NCBI GenBank assembly: GCA_020635175.1
Contig: JACKAH010000004.1
Span: forward strand, 51,995-115,994
Direction: 5' to 3'
DNA length: 64,000 bases
DNA from: Deltaproteobacteria bacterium
GTDB taxonomy: Bacteria > Bdellovibrionota_C > UBA2361 > J135
Both the position numbers and the translations under genes were made by a program. This document shows positions 37,285 to 43,895 of this stretch, piece after piece. The notes beneath the pieces are model-generated. The model made no database searches and was not told the origin of the DNA. It saw nothing but the letters and a program-made list of their open reading frames with translations. Position 1 is the stretch's first letter. Every line of letters starts with the position of its first letter.

Positions 37285-38049
37285 CTAACAAACCAAATCA
37301 GCAGCATCTGAACCAATGTAGTTTGGATCACCAGCTACACAAGGTCCACTTGGATTAGCAGCGTCGTTCTTATCAGCAACTGTTGCTGTAATCATCGCTA
37401 CTGCTTCACTAACATGATCCAACGTAGTAGAGGAAAGTGCTCCTAACGTAGCTGAATTTGATGCTATATAATCAAACATCGCAAAGAAGCTTCCTTTACA
37501 GACATAACCGTATAGGGCTTCAAACACGACTAGACTAAGAACGTCTTCAAACATTTCGTCGTTAGCTGCTTCTGCGGTTCCTGGCGCAACAGCAGGAAGT
37601 CCAAGTAATGCAGCTTGCTTGTTATTATAGTGATCAATAGCAGCCCAGATTAGGCGATTCATAGGATGCTTAAGAGTCTCTGAGAAATTATCCGGGTTAA
37701 CAAACGAACCGTGTCTAATTAGCTCTGCGAATCGAAAGGCTCCATAGACTTCAAATGCATCTAATGGATTTCCCGCTGCGCACCAAAACATATTATCAAG
37801 CTGAAGTGCGGCAGTTCGATACTTAGTCTCATAGTATATCTTATCATTTAGCCCAGGATCACAGCTCAAAAGTGTAGCTGTAGGCGTCCCAGCGCCATAG
37901 ATACACTGACCAGCACTACCTGAGTTATCAACCTTTGACAGCACGGAGAAGATAGACCACTCAGCAACTGCTACGTTTGATAGGCCCATTACGATAGTGC
38001 ATGCCAGGAAAGAATTTCTTAATAATGTTTTCATTGCTATTCTCTTCAT
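37285..38049 (-). CDS. Secreted six-cysteine protein, family M (my label)
   Basis: Signal peptide (MKRIAMKTLLRNSFLACTIVMGLSNVAVA/EW). Six Cys in the mature part, the last one being the C-terminal residue. NSGSAGQCIYGAGTP...LSC...WCAAGNP...VNPDN aligns with the other M proteins. Confidence 0.65.
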   Translation of the reverse strand: MKRIAMKTLLRNSFLACTIVMGLSNVAVAEWSIFSVLSKVDNSGSAGQCIYGAGTPTATLLSCDPGLNDKIYYETKYRTAALQLDNMFWCAAGNPLDAFEVYGAFRFAELIRHGSFVNPDNFSETLKHPMNRLIWAAIDHYNNKQAALLGLPAVAPGTAEAANDEMFEDVLSLVVFEALYGYVCKGSFFAMFDYIASNSATLGALSSTTLDHVSEAVAMITATVADKNDAANPSGPCVAGDPNYIGSDAADLVC

Positions 38050-38065
38050 CTTTGAACCTCTAAAA

Positions 38066-39214
38066 TTATTGAGCATTACCGCAATACATATCGAACGCGA
38101 GCAGAACCATCTTTGTAAACGGGTCTGATAATGTTAAAGGTTGGCCAGTAATCGGACTAATAGTTGTCCCAAGTCCAATCACATTCTCAACATTATGAAG
38201 CTTTCCAGTGGCATCCCGATGACACAAAGCGGTTGAAGGAAAGATTGGGTTGTAGCTAGCATCAACTGTGTAGCTTCCAATCGGTCCATAAAGAACCTCA
38301 ATGAACTCTTTCATTCCGACTTCACCAAAAACCTGTCCTGAACCGGCCCAAGCTTCGTAGCTAAAAACTTTAGCTGGGTGAGCGCTTGAAAGTGGATGCA
38401 ATGTAGTGTCTTTATGCAAAGTCCAAGGTCCAGCGATGGTGTCAGGATACTTACAGTACGTAGTCTGCACCGGTAATCCTGTGCCTGGGTCAATAATAGT
38501 TTGACCAGTAATAGGATCTACTTTATCTCCGATCTCATACAGGTTACAGATTGCAGCTAAAAGGAAGTTAAACATCGACTTAACGCAACCCCAATCTGGA
38601 CAAGCTGTGTATGGCCCAACAGCTTTTGCAAGCGAAATTGGATCTTGAAAAAGTGGATTTGACGGGTCAAGGTTTCTTCTAATGATACCGTAAGTAATCC
38701 CGGTTACAATTTTCTCAAGGTGACCATTAGCATGGTAACAATTTGAAGCAGAACCTGGTCCCTGTGTGATGGCCTCTGCCTCTTTACAGATGTAAGGGTT
38801 CTGAATATCTACCATCTTAGAAAGAAAGTCATCTGCTAACGCTACTAGCTTTCCTCCGTCGAGTTCCTCTCCAGGAATAACTGCACCCGGTAACAAATAA
38901 CCAGGGTCACATTCAACTCCAGAAGTAGCAACGGTTGACCAGATAGCTTGGGTCGCACCCATTTCAGCTATGCTAGTGTTTTCTAATAAAATCCCAGTCT
39001 GAGGATCCGAGCCACCAGTACATGTTGCTGTACCAACTGAGACATCAACATAATTTGGACCTGGAGGATCAAGAACTGTACAGGTATCAGTATTGCTACT
39101 TGCAGCAAACAGGGGACCAACATCTGGTAATCCCGGTTCACTTGATAACTGCGCGTTAGCTAGGCTTGTGAAAGTTAGTAAACAAGCACCAAAGGCGAGA
39201 ATATGTTTATTCAT
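38066..39214 (-). CDS. Secreted cysteine-rich protein, family L (my label)
   Basis: Signal peptide MNKHILAFGACLLTFTSLANA/QL. TDTCTV...ATCTGG...ICNLYE...YCKYPDT parallels the 35171..36151 product. Confidence 0.65.
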   Translation of the reverse strand: MNKHILAFGACLLTFTSLANAQLSSEPGLPDVGPLFAASSNTDTCTVLDPPGPNYVDVSVGTATCTGGSDPQTGILLENTSIAEMGATQAIWSTVATSGVECDPGYLLPGAVIPGEELDGGKLVALADDFLSKMVDIQNPYICKEAEAITQGPGSASNCYHANGHLEKIVTGITYGIIRRNLDPSNPLFQDPISLAKAVGPYTACPDWGCVKSMFNFLLAAICNLYEIGDKVDPITGQTIIDPGTGLPVQTTYCKYPDTIAGPWTLHKDTTLHPLSSAHPAKVFSYEAWAGSGQVFGEVGMKEFIEVLYGPIGSYTVDASYNPIFPSTALCHRDATGKLHNVENVIGLGTTISPITGQPLTLSDPFTKMVLLAFDMYCGNAQ

Positions 39215-39337
39215 AACAAAGCACCCAAAACAACCTTTCTTTTAAACTTTTAAGCTCTTACTAAAATACAAAGAAGCTGTCGTTTAGAGAGCAAAGCAAC
39301 TTCTATTCCCACTTGAGAGGTGGGGTTAGGGTACGTA

Positions 39338-39394
39338 GTCACTGAACAGATTAGTTCTATAAAGGAATCAATCGCTTAAATGATCCAGCTAAAA
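39338..39394 (-). promoter_or_regulatory. Conserved bipartite element upstream of an L gene (copy 2 of 4)
   Basis: The minus strand reads TTTTAGCTGGATCA-N38-GTGAC, with TTGATT at spacer positions 10-15. It lies 124-180 nt upstream of ATG 39214. Confidence 0.55.
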
Positions 39395-39445
39395 TGATTT
39401 CTTAGACAAAAATGGTGTTTTTTCTTAGATGGTTTTTTGAGGTTC

Positions 39446-42334
39446 TTATTTACTTATATCGAATCTATTGATGACACGATTAAGCTCAATTGTTACACGC
39501 TTAAATAATCTGTCCTTATATTGTGAGTAAGTTTCATTTCCAAGTCCTGCATATTTCTTTGTAATATGCACAAGGGTAATTCCCTCTCTAATAGGCTCAT
39601 TAATACACAGATCTGGATTTACTACTGTAAAGTTAGGTTCTCCATCTAATGGCGTGTTACAAGCTAGGCCAAATGTCGTGCAATCCTTACACATTGCATA
39701 TCGATAAGTATTAGCATCAGGAGTTACAGAAGCTAACGGTGGCTTTAGCCCATCAATTAAAACCTTCTTTTTATTCTCGTCAGTGCTGTTTAATGGGTAA
39801 TCATCTAGCACAACGACCACCTCAATCCCTTCATCCACCATCCGATGAGCCATCTGCACGGTTTCTTTAATAGAGCGGAAAAAAGGCACAGGATCTGGGT
39901 TATCAGCGAGCGCTCCGGCATTTACAGATAACACATCTGGAGTCGGAGGAGGTGGAAACCAAGCCCCATGAAATGTATCTCTTAATACCTGATATAGGCT
40001 TAGCTCTATCAATCCATTTGTAAAAATAACCGCGACCCGCTTTACTTTCTCTGGTTCGGGCACAAATGTTGTATTTGAAAAGACATTATACATATTGAGC
40101 AAAGCACCAGAGCTCAATGAATCTGTAGTTGTGTACTCACGCTTTGGGTACACGTTACTGCTTTCAACAGACCCCAAATATAAACTTCGAGCTCCTGTTA
40201 CGAGGTTAGAGTCATCAGTTGTGTCCAAAATACCGTACCCTGATTTAGAGAAACCCCCTGCCCTAATTGTAGACATCGCACTTGCAACGTTTAAATTAGT
40301 AGCATCCAGCGTATTCTCCATCGCTCCAGGAGTTGTTACATCAGGACAAATTCTATACGGATCCGTAATGTAATTAGTAGTTACCTCATCTCTGTTATAG
40401 CACTCGCCTGTAGGTAAGCCCGTCGTAGAACAGCCGGCAACAAACGGGTTTGGGGTTGCATTGATCCTATCTCTATCCATCCATGCAGGCATTTTTCCAT
40501 CTGTGAACGGAGGTTCATAACATGGGCTATTGAATGGACCACTGGTCGGAGATAATGGGTTAGGATTCGGCCATAGTGAATCTTTATTATCATTTAAAAC
40601 TGCAACAGTGTTGCTTCTTTGATCACCAAAGCAGTCCCCTGATCTAATATTTACAGATGCTGGAAAATCCTTAGGTGGGTTTGCACTATCAAGGGAGTTA
40701 TTAGTAACTGGAGCCCAAGAGGGGCTAGATCTAAAAATAAAATTCAGCAAATTCCTATCTAAAGTTGGTATCTGATGTTTAGTTGGGTCAGCACACTGAG
40801 TCGATGGAGCAACACTAGTAGTTAAATCATAAAAATTTGGTAAGGCCGTAAAGATCTGCACATCGGGTCCTGGAAGCGCATCTGGCCTTATATCTAAAGA
40901 CATTTCACGAGCACAGATACTCATCGGCTGAAGCAACCTATCAAATGCAGCTTGACGAGTAAGTTGTTGGTAGTCTTCGTAAGTTGATGGATCAGTCGTA
41001 TCTACAGGTAAGAGATCCGTATTTCCAAATTCCTGTAATATATAATCCTTACCTGTAAGGGAGCCTTGAAAAGCTCCTGGCGAAGGCCCAAGAGTTGGAA
41101 GTTTTAGAGTCGTGCGCTCATCCCCAGCAAAAGCAGCAGGCATTCCACCACTATATCTATCCTCATAAGAGATAAGTGGCATTAATGGAATAATCCAATT
41201 GCTATAGGTAAATGCACCAAATGGAACTTGATCTCGCTCAAGCATATACATGAATTGCTGTGCAACTCTTTGAGTCCAAAGCTTGTGCGGTCCAAAACAT
41301 CTGTAGGCAAGCTCAGTTTGAGTCATGACACCATGTCGATATTTATACTGCGCTGGAATGGTACTAGCCCAAGCTCTAGTAAAAGGACCTCCGTCCATCC
41401 GTGGGATATACTGCATAGGATCGGGTGGAATTGTCCCAGCGTAGGACGAGGATTGTAAATGGCTAATCGTCTGCGGCACAACATCTGGGTAAGACTGAAG
41501 ATAAGCAGTTGCTTTATCAGAGGGCACTAAAGTAGAGATCACAACGTCCTGTGTCGGTACCCCATTTCCATTTACGCCCATGGTAATCTCTTTCGTCGCA
41601 AATGGAGTGATATAACTTGGGTCAGGAGGAGGTCCTGCTCCTAAAAAAGCAGGTGGTATCCCCGGCAGATAGGATTCATAAAGCATCGGCAAACCCCTAT
41701 CTTCAAGCAGCTGATCCTGTACAGAGGTAAGCGCTCCCCCTGCATCTGAGTGAGCAAAGTGAGTCGGGGGAATTTCGTAGTCAAAAATTCTATAACTTGG
41801 AGAAGAAAAATCCACTCCAACCATCGCAACAGGTGGTTTTTTAACGGCACAACCCTCAGCCCCTCCTATATAAGGGGTAGTTGATAGTAGATTTGTAAAG
41901 TTAAACTGTGCCCTACAGTTATCAAGCTCAATACAGAGCTCAGCTCCTTTAATTGTAACTGCGTTAATTACCTCGTCAGTATACGTAACCTTTATATCGC
42001 AGATATGATCATTGTTCTTAAATCCAATATCATTCCAACTGAAGTTTGTGGTTGGGCAATTTGCTAGCGGGATATTAAAATCTAACCCTAGGTGCTGACA
42101 CGCTACCTGAACCATGTCCGCTTGAGCTGGGCCAACATTTGACGCTGCATTTAGAGCGCTAATTATTGCATTATTAAGACGTGTGCGTGTAGTTAAAACC
42201 TCGGCAGATTTAATTGTCATCATGCCGTAGACAAAAAGCAGCAGAAAACCTATCAGGAAAAAGAAAATTACATAACCCGCGCCGCTTTCTTCACGTGAAC
42301 TTCTAAGCTTATTTAAAACTCTAAGTCTATTCAT
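39446..42334 (-). CDS. TadG-like giant pseudopilin (962 aa) with a split, MIDAS-degenerate vWA-like domain (module A)
   Basis: TadG-type N-terminus ESGAGYVIFFFLIGFLLLFVYGMMTIKSAEVLTTRTRLNNAIISALNAAS. vWA beta1-like PPVAMVGVDFSSPS (Asp at aa 175) and beta4-like RVAVIFTNG (aa ~773), separated by ~600 aa. Paralogue of 43896..46817. Confidence 0.65.
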   Translation of the reverse strand: MNRLRVLNKLRSSREESGAGYVIFFFLIGFLLLFVYGMMTIKSAEVLTTRTRLNNAIISALNAASNVGPAQADMVQVACQHLGLDFNIPLANCPTTNFSWNDIGFKNNDHICDIKVTYTDEVINAVTIKGAELCIELDNCRAQFNFTNLLSTTPYIGGAEGCAVKKPPVAMVGVDFSSPSYRIFDYEIPPTHFAHSDAGGALTSVQDQLLEDRGLPMLYESYLPGIPPAFLGAGPPPDPSYITPFATKEITMGVNGNGVPTQDVVISTLVPSDKATAYLQSYPDVVPQTISHLQSSSYAGTIPPDPMQYIPRMDGGPFTRAWASTIPAQYKYRHGVMTQTELAYRCFGPHKLWTQRVAQQFMYMLERDQVPFGAFTYSNWIIPLMPLISYEDRYSGGMPAAFAGDERTTLKLPTLGPSPGAFQGSLTGKDYILQEFGNTDLLPVDTTDPSTYEDYQQLTRQAAFDRLLQPMSICAREMSLDIRPDALPGPDVQIFTALPNFYDLTTSVAPSTQCADPTKHQIPTLDRNLLNFIFRSSPSWAPVTNNSLDSANPPKDFPASVNIRSGDCFGDQRSNTVAVLNDNKDSLWPNPNPLSPTSGPFNSPCYEPPFTDGKMPAWMDRDRINATPNPFVAGCSTTGLPTGECYNRDEVTTNYITDPYRICPDVTTPGAMENTLDATNLNVASAMSTIRAGGFSKSGYGILDTTDDSNLVTGARSLYLGSVESSNVYPKREYTTTDSLSSGALLNMYNVFSNTTFVPEPEKVKRVAVIFTNGLIELSLYQVLRDTFHGAWFPPPPTPDVLSVNAGALADNPDPVPFFRSIKETVQMAHRMVDEGIEVVVVLDDYPLNSTDENKKKVLIDGLKPPLASVTPDANTYRYAMCKDCTTFGLACNTPLDGEPNFTVVNPDLCINEPIREGITLVHITKKYAGLGNETYSQYKDRLFKRVTIELNRVINRFDISK

Positions 42335-42337
42335 CGA

Positions 42338-43015
42338 TTATCGCTTTGGTACATAAACCCCACTCTGCTCAAATGTCTGAGTCCAGAGTAAAATCCTAAT
42401 CTCTCCTGTGCAGGCCCATACAAAAAATGGTGCATAATCTAAAACAACCTGGATTGAATTTGCTGTATTATTAGGATCCAACACATATTCTGATTCAATC
42501 GGGTTTATAGGGCGATGCATATCGACCATACGACCCTGATAATTTGCTGCCTGAGCTTTCATTAAATTGAGATGAGCATCGGTTCCAGGTGATGATATGT
42601 CTGGGGTGCAGATATCAAAAGCGGGTGTATCAATTACCCAACCAATATTGGGAGAGCCTGAAGTTGTATTTACATTAAGGTAGCAGATAGCTGTCTGACA
42701 GGTAATGTCACTTGTGTTCTGAAATAAATTTGAACCAAAGCCTAAATTGCTGCCGAGCCAATTATTAACAGAGTTAAGTATGCCTGTATTTGCATCAGGA
42801 GTACTGGTCGTACTCCAGGGAACTATATCCCCCGCTTGATTGGTGGTGAATAAATCATACTTTTTAGAATTAAAGGCGGCAAAGTACGCTGCATTGATAT
42901 CACGACGGATCTCAAGCATGGTGTGGAATGCAAAGATAGCGTTAAAAACGGCATACAATACAACCACAACAACCACTAATTCTACGAGTACGTTTGCAGA
43001 ATCCTGTCGTTTCAT
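42338..43015 (-). CDS. TadE-like pseudopilin, second type (module A), 225 aa
   Basis: N-terminus MKRQDSANVLVELVVVVVVLYAVFNAIFAFHTMLEIRRDINAAYFAAF. Paralogue of 46824..47501. Its stop lies 3 nt before the TadG-like start. Confidence 0.6.
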   Translation of the reverse strand: MKRQDSANVLVELVVVVVVLYAVFNAIFAFHTMLEIRRDINAAYFAAFNSKKYDLFTTNQAGDIVPWSTTSTPDANTGILNSVNNWLGSNLGFGSNLFQNTSDITCQTAICYLNVNTTSGSPNIGWVIDTPAFDICTPDISSPGTDAHLNLMKAQAANYQGRMVDMHRPINPIESEYVLDPNNTANSIQVVLDYAPFFVWACTGEIRILLWTQTFEQSGVYVPKR

Positions 43016-43196
43016 TGACTTATTGATGAAAAAGTGAATTCTTTCGATTCACTATCTCAGATTTTAATCTATTGCGGAAGTTAAGAGTTTGCAGCGAGGA
43101 TTTGAGCTAAGTCTATAAATATCTACAAGATTTTGTTCTGTCGCACTATATAGATTGATTTTCAAAATACGATATTTTATTAGCAATGATAGAATC

Positions 43197-43604
43197 TTAA
43201 ATCTTTAATATTGGTTCTATCTTAGGATCTATCGCTTGGAGCAGCTCCATAAGCTTTGAGATCGTTGGTTTAGCCTTGCCCTGTTCATAACGCGCAAAGG
43301 AATTTGCAGAAGAAGAGCCTAAACGTTTTGCAACTTCTAGTAGTGTTAATCCGTATTTTACTCGCAGCCTTTTAAGCATCAATGCGATCAATTTATCTTC
43401 TTGGCTGCAGCCTATTAAAAAACTTTGCTTAGATTTTTTAACCAGATGTAAAACAAATTTAGGATCATTAATTAGCTCTAAAACAGCATCCTGAATCATC
43501 TCTTCACTTTCGTGAATTGAACGGCCCTGAGAGATCAAGTCCAGCGCAGGGATTTCAGCCAACCAAAACTTCCCATCTTTGAACACCTTACCTTCTAGAA
43601 ACAT
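43197..43604 (-). CDS. hicB: HicB-family antitoxin with a C-terminal XRE-type HTH
   Basis: HicB-like N-domain (KDGKFWLAEIPALDLISQGRSIHESEEMIQDAV) and HTH (YGLTLLEVAKRLGSSSANSFARYEQGK). Overlaps hicA by 1 nt. Confidence 0.8.
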   Translation of the reverse strand: MFLEGKVFKDGKFWLAEIPALDLISQGRSIHESEEMIQDAVLELINDPKFVLHLVKKSKQSFLIGCSQEDKLIALMLKRLRVKYGLTLLEVAKRLGSSSANSFARYEQGKAKPTISKLMELLQAIDPKIEPILKI

Positions 43605-43789
43605 TACTGATTCCCTGGATTTTTTCTTGCCATTTTGATTATCTTTTTTGCTAACCTTTCAGCTATTTCATTATGTCTAGGAATAGGCTCCTGCTCTCTG
43701 CCATTGGTCCAGATATCGTGATTGCTTCCATGCCGAAGCAACCACCATCCTAGTAATTTCATTTGTTTTTCTAAATCCCTTCTCTTCAT
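43604..43789 (-). CDS. hicA: HicA-family mRNA-interferase toxin
   Basis: MKRRDLEKQMKLLGWWLLRHGSNHDIWTNG...IPRHNEIAERLAKKIIK matches the HicA (YcfA-like) pattern. ATG at 43789 is preferred over the TTG at 43816. Confidence 0.8.
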   Translation of the reverse strand: MKRRDLEKQMKLLGWWLLRHGSNHDIWTNGREQEPIPRHNEIAERLAKKIIKMARKNPGNQ

Positions 43790-43792
43790 ATT

Positions 43793-43808
43793 TACACATA
43801 TATGTGTA
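43793..43808. promoter_or_regulatory. Perfect 16-bp palindrome, candidate HicB operator
   Basis: TACACATATATGTGTA, ending 4 nt upstream of the hicA ATG. A TTGCAA hexamer lies just upstream in the direction of transcription. Confidence 0.5.
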
Positions 43809-43875
43809 TCTTGCAACAGATTGCTTTTTTATCAAATAGTACTCAGCTATTTTTATAGAAGATTGCTTGAATATT

Positions 43876-43894
43876 TTCGCGATGAAATCGCGAA
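43876..43894 (-). other. GC-rich inverted repeat directly after the module-B TadG-like stop codon
   Basis: TTCGCGAT-GAA-ATCGCGAA: 8-bp perfect arms with a 3-nt spacer, starting 1 nt after the TAG. No U-tract follows on the minus strand, so it is not a canonical terminator. Confidence 0.4.
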
Positions 43895-43895
43895 A

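Noticed and set aside
38066-39214. Possible lipoprotein signal (lipobox) in the L and M proteins, e.g. AFGAC in 38066..39214 and SFLAC in 37285..38049.
   Set aside because: The residues at -3/-2 do not fit the L-[AS]-[GA]-C consensus. In each case the hydrophobic core continues past the Cys to a good A-x-A SPase-I site.
43029-43052. Hairpin GTGAAT-N7-ATTCAC followed by T5, located 13 nt upstream of the module-A tadE'-like start. It could be a terminator separating hicAB from module A.
   Set aside because: The stem is only 6 bp and AT-rich, and it sits where a ribosome-binding region would be expected. I cannot distinguish a weak terminator, an operator and chance.
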